Shown here: positions 18,798 to 29,265 of the stretch, one piece after another
Layout: each line of letters opens with the position of its first letter
Numbering within the stretch: position 1 is the first letter of the stretch
Translations under genes and position numbers: made by a program
Assembly (NCBI GenBank): GCA_044222185.1
Contig: JBGANV010000002.1
Span: forward strand, 128,001 to 192,000
Direction of reading: 5' to 3'
Source: Planctomycetota bacterium
Lineage (GTDB): Bacteria > Planctomycetota > GCA-002687715 > CAIWVZ01
DNA: 64,000 bases
Notes under the pieces: model-generated
Database searches by the model: none
The model's input: the letters and a program-made list of their open reading frames with translations, nothing else
Told to the model about the DNA's origin: nothing

Positions 18798-20396
18798 TCA
18801 GCACGGAACCTCCGCGTTCTTGCGCGCGTAGAACCACCAGTTCACGACGAGACACGTGGCGTAATAGATCGCGAACCCGTACAGGGCGTTCTCCGGCGTC
18901 TTCGCCTTGATCTGGGCCCCGAAGACCTCGGGGATGATGCAGGCGCCGTAAGCCGCGACGGCCGACGTCCACCCGAGAACGGGGCCCGCCTGATCCGGTT
19001 TGAAGATCATGGGGATCATCCGAAACGTCGAGCCGTTGCCGATCCCCGTGGTGACGAAGAGCACGAGGAACAGCGTCAGGAACATGGGGAAGTAGTCGTT
19101 GGGGTTCGGCGCGACGGATGCCGCCTTCACACACCATGCGACGCCGAGGGCGGCAGCGATCATCAGCACCGTGTCCCATTGCGTGACACGCGCGCCGCCG
19201 AGCTTGTCTGAAAGCCAGCCTCCGACCGGGCGAATGAGAGAACCGACCAAGGGGCCAAGCCACGCATAGGCGAGCGGGCTCGGAGGATTCGGATTGGGTG
19301 CACCGTTCGGAAGCTGGCCGAAAACGTCCTTGATGAGATTGGGGAACGCCTGGCTGTACCCGATGAAGGACCCGAAGGTCATCACGTAGAGCCAGGTCAT
19401 CACCCAGTTGTGTTTGGCGCGGAAGATGGCGAACTGCGCATCCAGGCGGGGGCGGATCTGAGGCGGCGAGAACCACTTCATCGCGCCGAGCGTGACGACG
19501 ATGGTGACCAGCAGCGCGATCCAGATCGACGCCTGCAGTCCGACGCGGAGCCACACGCCGGCGCCGACACCGAGGCCACCGAGAGCGATCAGCCAGAGCA
19601 TCCGGCCGATCGACGTCGACGTGGACGCGGTGCGGTGCTGCGGGAGATTCGTCATCCCGACCCACGCGCAGATGGCGAGCACGGCGAGGATGGGGAGCCA
19701 GATCAATCCGGCATTCTGGATCCACACCTCCGTCCCGGCCGGCACCCCACCCACGGCCTTCGGCAATCTCAGCGCCGTGCCTCCCAGCGCGCCGAACAAG
19801 CCGAGCGTCATGGACCAGGGCAGAAGGACCTGGGCCACGCTCACGCCGAGGTTGCCGAGGCCCGCATTGAGGCCGAGTGCCAGGCCCTGCATCCGCTTGG
19901 GAAAGAAGAACGAGATGTTCGACATGGACGATGCAAACGCGCCACCGCCGAAGCCCGAGAGCGCCGCGAGCGTCACGAACGTCGCGTAGCTCGTGTGCAG
20001 GTCGCGCAATGCGAGACCAACCCCCGCGGCGGGGATCATCAAGAGCAGCGACGTCATCGCGATCACGTTGCGGCCGCCACAGATTGCGATGAGGAACGAG
20101 TTGGGGATCCTCAGCGTCGCGCCCGAGAGCCCCGCGACTCCCACGAGTGTGTAGAAGAGCTGCTTGTTCTGCTGCTCGTTCGGATCGAAGACGAAGCCCA
20201 GGTCCCGCATCTTCGCCGTGATGATCGACCAGTAGACCCAGACCGCGAATCCGCAAAGCAGGTTCGGGACGGAGATCCACAGATTGCGATTGGCGATGCG
20301 CTTGCCGGGGCGCTCCCAGAACGCCGCGTCTTCCGCATTCCACGGAGCCGAGGTGATGCCAGCGGGTCTGGCGTCGACAGGAATGGGGCCGCTCAT
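18798..20396 (-). CDS. narK: NarK2-type nitrate/nitrite antiporter (MFS)
   Basis: W.AED.AFWE..GKRIANRNLWISVP, GFGGGAFASSMSNISFFFPK, YVMTFGSFIG, GIGNGSTFRMIP. Confidence 0.93.
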   Translation of the reverse strand: MSGPIPVDARPAGITSAPWNAEDAAFWERPGKRIANRNLWISVPNLLCGFAVWVYWSIITAKMRDLGFVFDPNEQQNKQLFYTLVGVAGLSGATLRIPNSFLIAICGGRNVIAMTSLLLMIPAAGVGLALRDLHTSYATFVTLAALSGFGGGAFASSMSNISFFFPKRMQGLALGLNAGLGNLGVSVAQVLLPWSMTLGLFGALGGTALRLPKAVGGVPAGTEVWIQNAGLIWLPILAVLAICAWVGMTNLPQHRTASTSTSIGRMLWLIALGGLGVGAGVWLRVGLQASIWIALLVTIVVTLGAMKWFSPPQIRPRLDAQFAIFRAKHNWVMTWLYVMTFGSFIGYSQAFPNLIKDVFGQLPNGAPNPNPPSPLAYAWLGPLVGSLIRPVGGWLSDKLGGARVTQWDTVLMIAAALGVAWCVKAASVAPNPNDYFPMFLTLFLVLFVTTGIGNGSTFRMIPMIFKPDQAGPVLGWTSAVAAYGACIIPEVFGAQIKAKTPENALYGFAIYYATCLVVNWWFYARKNAEVPC

Positions 20397-20397
20397 T

Positions 20398-21975
20398 TCA
20401 ACGCCCTCCCGGAGTCACGGGCCTCTTCGCCCCGAGGTTCACCTCGAAGTCGGCGATCGCCGTCTTCGCCACGGCCTCGACCGGGCCATGTTCGATCCGC
20501 CGCGCGAGTGCCGGCGATTGTTCGCGGATCATCCGGCGGATCACCATGTGCATCCAAACGAGGCACACGACGGCGAGCGCCAGAAGGAACATCCAGGTCG
20601 TCGTCCAGATCCCGCTCCACTGGAGCAGGTACCCGAAGAGGATCGGACAGATGAACCCGCCGAGCCCGCCCAGCACTCCCACGATTCCGCCGACGACTCC
20701 GACCTCCGTCGGGAAGTAGTCTGGAATGTGCCGGTAGACGGCGGCCTTGCCGATTCCGAGCGCGATCCCGAGCGCGAAGACGAGCGCCGTGAAGATCCAC
20801 ACGTTCGCCTGGAAGTAGATGTGCGTCACGCCGCGCGCGAGCAGCTGCTTCCGTGCGACCTTGTCACCCACCTTGACGACGGGCTCTTGCCAGGCCTGCA
20901 TGGTCGGCAGCACGAGTGCATCCGCGTCGTGAAAGATGTCTGACTCACCCCCGGCCTTGCGCCGCAGCGGCAACCGCAGGGAATCGAGGACGATCTCGCC
21001 GTCCGCGACCGCCGTGATCGTCCCCGGCTTCGGCGCGATGATCGACTCGCCGGGAGCGCGCACGTCCATGCGCGGAACGACGAGCAAGAGACAGCAGATC
21101 GCGCTGATGCCCAGGATCCAGTACATCACGGCCCGCGCCCCGAACTTGTCCGACATCCACCCGCCGATGGCGCGGATGACGCCCGACGGAAGACTGAACG
21201 ACGACGCGAGCACGCCCGCCGCGGCGAGCGACATCCCATAGACGCTGACGTAGTACGGGATCAGCCACTGCGAAAGCGCCACGAAGCAGCCGAAGACGAG
21301 GAAGTAGTAGAGCCCGAACCGCCAGACCCGCATCCGCCCCAACGGCGACAGGCGCTGGCCGAGCGTCCTCCCCTGCGACGCGGCCGCCACGCGATCGAAC
21401 GTCATGAACCAGAAGATGATCGCCATGGCGACGAGGGCGATGGCGTAGATCTTCGGCATGTTCCGCCAACCCTCGAGCCCTTCCGCGCCAGACGTCAGGG
21501 TCTTGAGAAGCTTGGGTGCGCCGAGGCTCGTGATGGCGGCTCCCGCATTACCCGCGCCGAAGATGCCGAGGGCCGTGCCCTGCCGTTCGCGGGAGAACCA
21601 GACGGACGAATAGGCGATCCCGACGGCGAATGACGCCCCGCTCAATCCAAATCCGAGGCTCGCGAGGGCGAACTCCATGAACGTCGTGCAGCTCGACAGG
21701 AACCACATGGGGATCGCCGAGAGCAGCATCAACACGGTGAAGACCCGGCGACCGCCGTAGCGGTCCGTCAGCACTCCGACCGGCAGGCGCATGATCGATC
21801 CCGTGAGCACGGGGATGCCGATCAGCCAGCCGATCTGGACCTTCGACCAGTCGAAGACGCCGCTGTCGACGAGGAACGTCGCCAGCACTCCGTTCGCCAT
21901 CCAGACGGCAAAGCAGATGGTGAACGCGAGCGTATTCGCGGCGAGGACGAGCCCGGCTTTGGCGGAGTCCTTCAT
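20398..21975 (-). CDS. narK: NarK1-type nitrate transporter (MFS) with an inserted soluble domain
   Basis: NTLAFTICFAVW, GASFAVGIAY, QGTALGIFGAGNAG, VWRFGLYYFLVFG, GIGKAAVYRHIPDYFP; GGAGGGAG RBS before ATG 21975. Confidence 0.92.
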   Translation of the reverse strand: MKDSAKAGLVLAANTLAFTICFAVWMANGVLATFLVDSGVFDWSKVQIGWLIGIPVLTGSIMRLPVGVLTDRYGGRRVFTVLMLLSAIPMWFLSSCTTFMEFALASLGFGLSGASFAVGIAYSSVWFSRERQGTALGIFGAGNAGAAITSLGAPKLLKTLTSGAEGLEGWRNMPKIYAIALVAMAIIFWFMTFDRVAAASQGRTLGQRLSPLGRMRVWRFGLYYFLVFGCFVALSQWLIPYYVSVYGMSLAAAGVLASSFSLPSGVIRAIGGWMSDKFGARAVMYWILGISAICCLLLVVPRMDVRAPGESIIAPKPGTITAVADGEIVLDSLRLPLRRKAGGESDIFHDADALVLPTMQAWQEPVVKVGDKVARKQLLARGVTHIYFQANVWIFTALVFALGIALGIGKAAVYRHIPDYFPTEVGVVGGIVGVLGGLGGFICPILFGYLLQWSGIWTTTWMFLLALAVVCLVWMHMVIRRMIREQSPALARRIEHGPVEAVAKTAIADFEVNLGAKRPVTPGGR

Positions 21976-21989
21976 GACGGCTCCCTCCA

Positions 21990-22685
21990 TCACACCGATG
22001 CGCCGCTGCGGTCGGCCGGCAGCGGTCGGTTCCACAGAACGACCTGCGTCTTGCGCCACAGGTACGGGTTCGGAACGACGAGGATGTGGACCAGTCGGGT
22101 GAACGGGAAGAAACCCATGAGCGCGAACGCATTGAGGACGTGGATCTTCGCGAGGAGCGGCATCCCGGCGATGAACGTCACGTCAGGATTGAAGCGTGCG
22201 AGCGACCAGAGCCACGGCGACATCGACGTCGCAAACCACGAACTCCCCCAGCCGTAGAGCAGCGCCACGCCGGCGCCCGTGCCGACCTGCACGACGAGAA
22301 GGGCGTAGAGGAACCAATCGCCCTTCGACGTGACGCGGCGCGCCTTCGGAAACACGCGCCTGCGGATGATCGTGTTCGCGAGTCCGACGAGCGTGAGGAT
22401 CGTGAACGCGAGTCCCGTCACCTCCAGGAGGAACAAGCGCAGCGGCGCGGCGTTCCACGCGAGGATCACGCCGGGCATGAGGAAGGCAAGCAGGTGCCCC
22501 GTCAGCACGGTGAGGATGCCGTAATGGAAGGGCACGGTGCCCCAGAAGTGCATCTGGTTTTCGAGAAACTGCGACGACAGCGTGGAATAGGTGAACTTGC
22601 GCTGCCGGTAGCGCTGGATCGTGACGATCAGGAAGATCGCCGTGACGACATAGGGAACGACCGCGAACAGCAGGACGTCAGGCAT
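21990..22685 (-). CDS. narI: Respiratory nitrate reductase gamma subunit (cytochrome b)
   Basis: SSQFLE, PFHYGIL..LTGH, KIH...FPFTRLVH: all four heme-b His ligands present. Confidence 0.95.
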   Translation of the reverse strand: MPDVLLFAVVPYVVTAIFLIVTIQRYRQRKFTYSTLSSQFLENQMHFWGTVPFHYGILTVLTGHLLAFLMPGVILAWNAAPLRLFLLEVTGLAFTILTLVGLANTIIRRRVFPKARRVTSKGDWFLYALLVVQVGTGAGVALLYGWGSSWFATSMSPWLWSLARFNPDVTFIAGMPLLAKIHVLNAFALMGFFPFTRLVHILVVPNPYLWRKTQVVLWNRPLPADRSGASV

Positions 22686-23214
22686 GGCTCGCCTCCGCGG
22701 GAGCGACGTGTGATTGGAAGACGCGGGCCGCTGCGCGAAGGGCGCCGGTCCATGGCTTGGAGGCATCACCGAGGGATTCGGTGACCTTCTTCAACGCCGG
22801 AAGCGCCACTTCACCGGCCACGAGCGCGGCCGTGTGCGCCGGCACGCGCCCGAGCAGCTGCAGCAGGTGCGTGACGTGGTCCGGCAGCTCACCGTTCTCG
22901 GGGATGCCGTGCTCGCGCAAGAGCTGGCGTACGCGGACGAGGAACGCGCCGCGGGAGTAGTTCTCGCCGAAGAGCTGCCACCCGAGCTCGAGCGCCCGAT
23001 CGGAGGAGTTGTCGAACGTCCCCGTGTAGGACTCCTCGAGTTCCTCCGTCGAGCATCGGGCGACCCAATCCCGGAACTCCGCCAGGTCGGGCCCGAACTC
23101 CGGAGCCACCGTCGCCAGTTCGGCGGCCGCCTCCAGCACGACGGCTTTCCCGATCGTGCCCGGATATCGCAGCAACTCCGCCGTCAGATCGTGCACGTGA
23201 GGTGAGAGGTTCAT
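22678..23214 (-). CDS. narJ: Nitrate reductase Mo-cofactor chaperone
   Basis: AELLRYP, YTGTFD, LFGENYSRG, ELPDH; lies between narH and narI. Confidence 0.9.
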   Translation of the reverse strand: MNLSPHVHDLTAELLRYPGTIGKAVVLEAAAELATVAPEFGPDLAEFRDWVARCSTEELEESYTGTFDNSSDRALELGWQLFGENYSRGAFLVRVRQLLREHGIPENGELPDHVTHLLQLLGRVPAHTAALVAGEVALPALKKVTESLGDASKPWTGALRAAARVFQSHVAPAEASHA

Positions 23215-23216
23215 CG

Positions 23217-24704
23217 TCAGACGCTCATGGGGAATTCGCGGAAGCCGAAGCCCGTGCTCGCGCGGTGATCGTGCGGGTCCTCGAGCATCTCGATGGCCTG
23301 CTCGCGTTGCATCGGCGGAATCACCACGCGCTCCTCCATCGACGCGAGGGACGTCATCTTGTAGATCGCGTCGGCCTCGATCGGCGTGCTGTCGGCCTCA
23401 CGTAGCGCTCGCTCGGCCGCGTCGCGCGTCACGTCGCCGACGGTCACGTGGCGGCGCCACAATCGAACGGCCATCTGCTTGCGAAGCGCGTAGCGCACCT
23501 TCCCGTCGTTGCCCGCGGCGAAGAGCCGGCCCAGGTAGGCGATGGGGGCACGCGCCTTCTCGATGTCGCCAAACAGACCGTCGATGTCGTTCGTGACGAC
23601 GTTGCCCCGCGACTGCGACATCACCGGCAGGAGCGGCGGCACGTAGAAGAGCATGGGGAACGTGCGGAACTCCACGTGGAGCGGCAGCGCCAGCTTCCAG
23701 ATCTTCGTGAACGAGTAGATGGGCGACCGCCGTGCGGATTCGATGACGGGCTCGGGCACGCCGTTTCGCCGCGCGCCCTCGATGACCTCGGGGTCGTCCG
23801 GATCGAGGATCAGGTCGCGTTCGGCATCGACGAGTTCGTGATCGGGCTTCAGCGCCGCGGCGCGGATCCGGTCGGCGTCATAGAGCACGTTGCCGAGGTA
23901 GCGAATGCGCCCCACGCAGCTGTGGAAGCACGCCGGCGCCTGCCCGGACTCGAGTCGCGGGAAGCACAGGATGCACTTCTCCGACTTGCCGGTCGCCCAG
24001 TTGTAGTACGTCTTCTTGTATGGGCAGGCGGCGACGCACGCGCGCCACGCGCGGCACCGCTCCTGGTTGAGGAGGACGATGCCGTCCTCACCCCGCTTGT
24101 AGAGCGCACCCGATGGGCACGCGGCGACGCAGGACGGGTTGAGGCAGTGATTGCAGATGCGCGGCAGGTAGAAGAACGCCATGCGCTCGATTTCGAGCAT
24201 CTGCTGGCGCACCGCGGGGTCGAGCCCCTCGAGGTTCGGATCGTTCGCGGCATAGACGGACGACCCGCCGAGATCGTCGTCGAAGTTCGGACCCGACTCG
24301 ATGTTCAACTGCTCGCCGGTGATCATCGAGACCGGCACGGCAGTCGGCTGATCGTCACCCTCGGGCGCGTTGAACAGGTCCTGATACTTGTAGGTCCATG
24401 GCTCGTAGTAGTCGTCCATCGAAGGCATGGACGGGTTGTGGAAGATGTTGGGGATGAGGCGCGTCTTGCTCGTCGATCGCAGCCACAACTCGCGCCCGTC
24501 CGTCTGCCAGCCGCCCTTGTAGCCGGCCTGGTCTTCCCATTTGGACGGATAACCGGTCCCCGGTTTCGTCTCGACGTTGTTCCACCACATGTACTCCGTG
24601 CCTTCACGGTCGGTCCATATGTTCTTGCACGCGACGCTGCACGTGTGACAACCGATGCACTTGTCGAGATGGAAGAGGAGGGAGATCTGCGATCGGACGT
24701 CCAT
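23217..24704 (-). CDS. narH: Nitrate reductase / nitrite oxidoreductase beta subunit
   Basis: FHLDKCIGCHTCSVACKN, WNNVETKPG, PRICNHCLNPSCVAACP, CRAWRACVAACPY, KCILC; an alternative GTG start at 24737 would overlap the narG stop. Confidence 0.96.
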   Translation of the reverse strand: MDVRSQISLLFHLDKCIGCHTCSVACKNIWTDREGTEYMWWNNVETKPGTGYPSKWEDQAGYKGGWQTDGRELWLRSTSKTRLIPNIFHNPSMPSMDDYYEPWTYKYQDLFNAPEGDDQPTAVPVSMITGEQLNIESGPNFDDDLGGSSVYAANDPNLEGLDPAVRQQMLEIERMAFFYLPRICNHCLNPSCVAACPSGALYKRGEDGIVLLNQERCRAWRACVAACPYKKTYYNWATGKSEKCILCFPRLESGQAPACFHSCVGRIRYLGNVLYDADRIRAAALKPDHELVDAERDLILDPDDPEVIEGARRNGVPEPVIESARRSPIYSFTKIWKLALPLHVEFRTFPMLFYVPPLLPVMSQSRGNVVTNDIDGLFGDIEKARAPIAYLGRLFAAGNDGKVRYALRKQMAVRLWRRHVTVGDVTRDAAERALREADSTPIEADAIYKMTSLASMEERVVIPPMQREQAIEMLEDPHDHRASTGFGFREFPMSV

Positions 24705-24733
24705 TTGGGATTCCTCGGTTCGTGACTTGGCGT

Positions 24734-27700
24734 TCACCAGCTCAGACGTGGAAGCTTGCGGACGAGGATGTGGGTGTCCCGGTTGCAGCCCGTCGGTCCC
24801 CAGTAATTGAAGTGGTAGGTGAACTGGCCGTATCCGCCGACCATGAGGTTCGGCTTGAGCCGCGTTCGTGTGAGGCTGTTGTGCCCGCCCGCGCGGCGGT
24901 CACCGCGCAGCGGAGATCGCGGCACGCCGTAGGTGCGCTCCGGCGAGTGGTAGATGATGCAGATGCCTCGCGGGATGCGTGCACTGACGGCCGCACGCGT
25001 GACGACGACGCCGTGGTCGTTGTGGACCTCGACCCAGTCGTTGTCCTCGATGCCGATGCTGCTCGCGTCGCGATCGTTCATCCAGAACGGGTCGCAGCCG
25101 CGCGAAAGCGTCGTCATCCGTTGGTTGTCGCCGTAGGTCGAATGGATGTGCCATTTCCCGTGCGGCGTGAGGTAGTTGAGCATCAGCGTGGCACCCTCGG
25201 CCGTGCTGAAGCGCAGATCCGAGTACTCGTCGGGCTTGGGCTTCGGTTTGTAGGTCGGAAGGTGCTCACCGAACTGCAGGTAACCCGGGTGGTCCAGGTA
25301 GAAGTGCTGACGGCCCGTGAGCGTGCGCCACGGCACGAGGTGCTCGCGGTTGTAGGTGAACGGCGCATACGCGCGGCCATCGGTGACGAGGCCCGACCAC
25401 ATGGGGCTGTTCAACAATCGGCGCGGCTGCGATTGGAGATCCTGGTAGCGCATCCGCGTGGCGCGGGTCGGATCTGCGAGCTTCGTCAGCGAGAGACCTG
25501 TCTTCTGCTCCATGTCGCGATAGGAGCGCCACGCGAGCTCGCCGTTCGTGACCGTCGCGAGCGTGAGGACGACGTTGGCCGCGTCCTTCGCTTCGGCGAG
25601 CGACGGATACGACTTGCCGGCCCACGTCTGCGTGGGACCCTCACGCGCGAGGTCGTCATAGAAGTCGTCGACCGGGTACCACGTGCCGTGAGCACCGAGG
25701 CCCGTCTCCCGGACTTTGGGTCCATAGGAGACGAACATGTTGTAGAGGTTGGCGTAGTCACGCTCGACGATCTTCATCCCAGGCATGGTCTTGCCCGGAA
25801 TCGCTTCGCATTCGCCGTTGATCCAATCGCGGATCTGCGGCTGCGCGATTTCCGCGGCCGTGTCGTGGGCCAGCGGTGAACAAACGAGATCCCGCGTCTT
25901 GCCCGGGAGATGTCGGACCGCAAGCTTGGAGAACTCGCGTGCGACGGATTTGAAGATGTCCCAGTCGCTTCGTGACTCCCAGCACGGAGGCACGGCTTCG
26001 GCCAGCGGGTGGATGAAGCTGTGCATGTCCGTCGAGTTGAGGTCCGCCTTCTCGTACCAGGTGGCCGCGGGGAGGATCACGTCCGAGTACAGCGCGGACG
26101 TATCCATGCGGAAATTCAGATCGACGACGAGGTCGATCTTCCCTTGCGGTGCCTGGGCGAGCCACTCGACCTGCTTCACGGAGTCCGCGGCCAGGTCCTT
26201 CGACACGCGATTGGTGTGAGTCCCGAGATAGTGATCGAGGAAGTACTCGTGACCCTTGGCGGACGACATGAGCGCGTTGCCACGCCAGATGAACCACACC
26301 CGAGGCCATGAAGCCTCCGCGTCCGGCCGCTCGATGGCGAACTTCAGTTCGCGGCTCTTCAGGCGAGCGACGACCCAATCGACGATCGCTTTCTCGTCCT
26401 TCGCACCGGCAGCTTCGGCCTCCTTGACGAGGTCCAGCGTGTTGCGGTCGAACTGGGGGTAGAACGGCAGCCAGCCGTTGCGCACGGCGCGCACGTTCAC
26501 GTCGACCGTGTGACCTTCCGCCAGGCTACCCGGCGGCTGGTCCGGCGGCACCGTGTGATAGTCGCGGAAGCTCTTCTCGTACCGCCACTGATCGCTGTGG
26601 ACGTAGTGCCAGCTCGGGCCGTTCTGCAGACGCGAGGGTGGGAACCAATCCTTCGCCATGGCGATGTTCGACCATGGCTCCATCGGCGCGAGCTTCTCTT
26701 GACCGACGTAATGCGCGAGACCGCCGCCGTTCACCCCCACGCACCCGCAGAACATCAGGGCGTGGATCGCCGCCCGATACATCAAGTTCGCGTGATACCA
26801 GTGGTTGATACCGGCCCCGATCACGACCGTGCACTTGCCACCAGTGTGCTCCGCCGTCGACGCCCACTCGCGCGCGAAGCGGATCAACGTCTCGCGGCCG
26901 ACACCGGTGTACTTCTCCGCCCACGCCGGCGTGTAGACGCGATCCTCGTCGTACGTCGTCGGATAGTCGCCGCTGAGCCCGCGCGGCACGCCGTATTGCG
27001 CCATGAGCAGGTCGTAGGCCGTCGTGACGACGGCCTCGGTCCCGTCACGCGTTCGCAGCCTGCGAACCGGCACACCGCGCATGACGGACGTCGCATTGGC
27101 GAAGTCATCCAGGCGGACGTCGACAACGTCGTCGTGCTTCTCGAGGAACGTCAGCTCCGCATCGATCGGCGAGCCGTCCAGGCCGTCCTTGGGCTCGAGG
27201 TTCCACTGGCCCTTCTTCTCCTGCCAGCGATGCCCCATGGAACCCATGGGCATCTTGGGCTTGTCGTCACCCCGATCCCATTGCAGGAACTTCCATTCGC
27301 CGTTTACCTCGGCCGCATAGCGCTCGAGGCGCCCCGCGCGAAGCAGCTGCCCCGCCTTCCACCCGCTCGCCGATCGCGTGAGCTCGACCAGGAACGGCGC
27401 ATCCGTGAACCGACGCGTGTAGTCGAGGAAGCTCGGGAGTTTCCGCTCGTAGTGGAACTCCTTGAGGATGACGTGATTGACCGCCATCCACCACGCGCCG
27501 TCCTGCCCCGCGTTGATCGGGATCCACTCGTCCGAGTACTTCGAGACCTGGCTGAAGTCCGGCGAGAACACGACCATCTTCGAGCCGTTGTGTCGCGCTT
27601 CCGCAGCGAAGTGCACGTCCGGCGTGCGCGTCATGTTGAGGTTCGCACCCATGACGGCGAGGAACTTCGCGTTGTACCAGTCGGCCGATTCGTTGACGTC

Positions 27701-28372
27701 CGTCTGCTCGCCCCACGTCTCGGGTGAAGCGCTCGGCAGGTCGCAGTACCAGTCGTAGAACGAGAGGTTCACACCGCCCATCAACTGGAGCATGCGCGAT
27801 CCCGCCGCATACGAGAGCATGGACATGGCGGGTATGGGTGAGAAGCCGGTGACGCGATCAGGCCCGTGCTCCTTGATCGTGTGAACCGTCGACGCCGCGA
27901 TGATCTCGAGCGCCTGGCTCCAGGAAGCGCGGCGCAGTCCGCCCTTTCCACGGGCGCGTTGATACCGGGCCCGTCGCGCCGGGTCGGACATGATGGATGC
28001 CCAGGCGTCGACCGGGTCTTCGTGCTTCGCCCGTGCTTCCTTCCACAGGTCGAGGAGCGCGCCGCGGATGTACGGATACTTCACGCGCAGCGGGCTGTAG
28101 AGGTACCACGAGTACGAGATCCCGCGCTGACACCCGCGCGGTTCGTAACCCGGCAGGCTCTTCTCGAGCGCGGGATAGTCGAGCCCCTGCATTTCCCAGG
28201 TGACGATCCCGTCCTTGACGTGGATGTTCCACGTGCACGAGCCCGTGCAATTCACGCCGTGGGTGCTGCGCACGACGCGATCGTGCTGCCAGCGGTTCCG
28301 ATAGAACTCCTCCCAAGCGCGGGTCTGAGGTTCGTGCGAGTCCTGGATGAATGGATTCTTGATGTCGCCCAC
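24734..28372 (-). CDS. narG: Cytoplasmic nitrate reductase / nitrite oxidoreductase alpha subunit (Mo-bisPGD)
   Basis: [17 protein letters not shown] (FS0), [20 protein letters not shown] (Asp Mo ligand), [21 protein letters not shown]; no Tat signal; GTG 28372 with GAGGAG RBS. Confidence 0.97.
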   Translation of the reverse strand: MGDIKNPFIQDSHEPQTRAWEEFYRNRWQHDRVVRSTHGVNCTGSCTWNIHVKDGIVTWEMQGLDYPALEKSLPGYEPRGCQRGISYSWYLYSPLRVKYPYIRGALLDLWKEARAKHEDPVDAWASIMSDPARRARYQRARGKGGLRRASWSQALEIIAASTVHTIKEHGPDRVTGFSPIPAMSMLSYAAGSRMLQLMGGVNLSFYDWYCDLPSASPETWGEQTDVNESADWYNAKFLAVMGANLNMTRTPDVHFAAEARHNGSKMVVFSPDFSQVSKYSDEWIPINAGQDGAWWMAVNHVILKEFHYERKLPSFLDYTRRFTDAPFLVELTRSASGWKAGQLLRAGRLERYAAEVNGEWKFLQWDRGDDKPKMPMGSMGHRWQEKKGQWNLEPKDGLDGSPIDAELTFLEKHDDVVDVRLDDFANATSVMRGVPVRRLRTRDGTEAVVTTAYDLLMAQYGVPRGLSGDYPTTYDEDRVYTPAWAEKYTGVGRETLIRFAREWASTAEHTGGKCTVVIGAGINHWYHANLMYRAAIHALMFCGCVGVNGGGLAHYVGQEKLAPMEPWSNIAMAKDWFPPSRLQNGPSWHYVHSDQWRYEKSFRDYHTVPPDQPPGSLAEGHTVDVNVRAVRNGWLPFYPQFDRNTLDLVKEAEAAGAKDEKAIVDWVVARLKSRELKFAIERPDAEASWPRVWFIWRGNALMSSAKGHEYFLDHYLGTHTNRVSKDLAADSVKQVEWLAQAPQGKIDLVVDLNFRMDTSALYSDVILPAATWYEKADLNSTDMHSFIHPLAEAVPPCWESRSDWDIFKSVAREFSKLAVRHLPGKTRDLVCSPLAHDTAAEIAQPQIRDWINGECEAIPGKTMPGMKIVERDYANLYNMFVSYGPKVRETGLGAHGTWYPVDDFYDDLAREGPTQTWAGKSYPSLAEAKDAANVVLTLATVTNGELAWRSYRDMEQKTGLSLTKLADPTRATRMRYQDLQSQPRRLLNSPMWSGLVTDGRAYAPFTYNREHLVPWRTLTGRQHFYLDHPGYLQFGEHLPTYKPKPKPDEYSDLRFSTAEGATLMLNYLTPHGKWHIHSTYGDNQRMTTLSRGCDPFWMNDRDASSIGIEDNDWVEVHNDHGVVVTRAAVSARIPRGICIIYHSPERTYGVPRSPLRGDRRAGGHNSLTRTRLKPNLMVGGYGQFTYHFNYWGPTGCNRDTHILVRKLPRLSW

Positions 28373-28377
28373 GGCTC

Positions 28378-29220
28378 TCAACTCCTCGAGACCATCGGAC
28401 GCCGCACGGCACGGAACCGGCGACGCCACAGGAAATCAGCCACCATGAGCAAGAGCGCCGCACACCCGGCGCTCACCAGGAGGAAATCCACGCGCGACGT
28501 GCCTTGCGCAGCGGTGGAAGTCTCCGCGGCGTTCTTGAGATAGGCGACGACGCCCAGGATCTCCTCGCCTTCGAGGGGATGCGTGCGGAAGACCGGGCCC
28601 ATGACCGGCGACGGCGGCGCCGAGAGCCACGCTGCGATCGCCTTGCGGCCTTCGAGACGGGCGTAGGCCGCCGTCAGATCGGGCCCGAGCGCCCCGCCGC
28701 CCAGTCCGCCGAGAGGCGCCGTCGTGTGGCACGAGTTGCACGGAGGTGCCCCGCTCTTGAACGCCGCGCGGCCGGTGAACAGCGCCTCGCCGGTCACGAT
28801 GTCTGTCGCATTCAGGGGGCGATCGCTGATCGTCAGCCCCATGAAGTGAGACTTCTCGAGCTTGGACTCCGCCGCGATCATCGCGACGAGCTTCCCCGCG
28901 AGCGCCGCGTCGATTCCCGGCAGCGTGGGCATCACGACGCCGCGGGCCTCTTCGAGCAACTTGCGGGCGTACGGGTCACCCGAATCGATGACTTTCTTCG
29001 GATCCGGAATGAACGCCGTCAGCCAGGCGCGATCCCGTCGGTCCTGGACGTTCTTGAGATCGGGGCCTGCGAGACGCCCGCCGCCGATCGTGTGGCAACT
29101 GGAGCAGTTGCGCTTGAAGAAGTCGAGCGTCTCCTCCGAAGGCGCGTCCTGGGCCCAGAGCGTGGGACACGAACTGAAGAGGACGACGAAGGTTGCGAGG
29201 GTCGCGGTGATTCGCGTCAC
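28378..29220 (-). CDS. narC: Membrane-anchored periplasmic diheme cytochrome c (NarC-like)
   Basis: Sec signal, CSSCH..GPDL..VMP and CNSCH..GPDL..PVM, C-terminal TM plus RRRFRAVRR; first gene of the nar unit. Confidence 0.82.
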   Translation of the reverse strand: MTRITATLATFVVLFSSCPTLWAQDAPSEETLDFFKRNCSSCHTIGGGRLAGPDLKNVQDRRDRAWLTAFIPDPKKVIDSGDPYARKLLEEARGVVMPTLPGIDAALAGKLVAMIAAESKLEKSHFMGLTISDRPLNATDIVTGEALFTGRAAFKSGAPPCNSCHTTAPLGGLGGGALGPDLTAAYARLEGRKAIAAWLSAPPSPVMGPVFRTHPLEGEEILGVVAYLKNAAETSTAAQGTSRVDFLLVSAGCAALLLMVADFLWRRRFRAVRRPMVSRS

Positions 29221-29249
29221 GGGTGGTCTCCCGGCTGCCGCGCAGGAAG

Positions 29250-29265
29250 ATCAAACTCCGTGCCA
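29250..29265 (-). promoter_or_regulatory. Candidate sigma54 (-24/-12) promoter of the nar-act unit
   Basis: Minus strand TGGCACGGAGTTTGAT matches TGGCAC-N5-TTGC with one mismatch (TTGA); about 30 nt upstream of the narC start; the adjacent gene encodes a bEBP. Confidence 0.6.
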
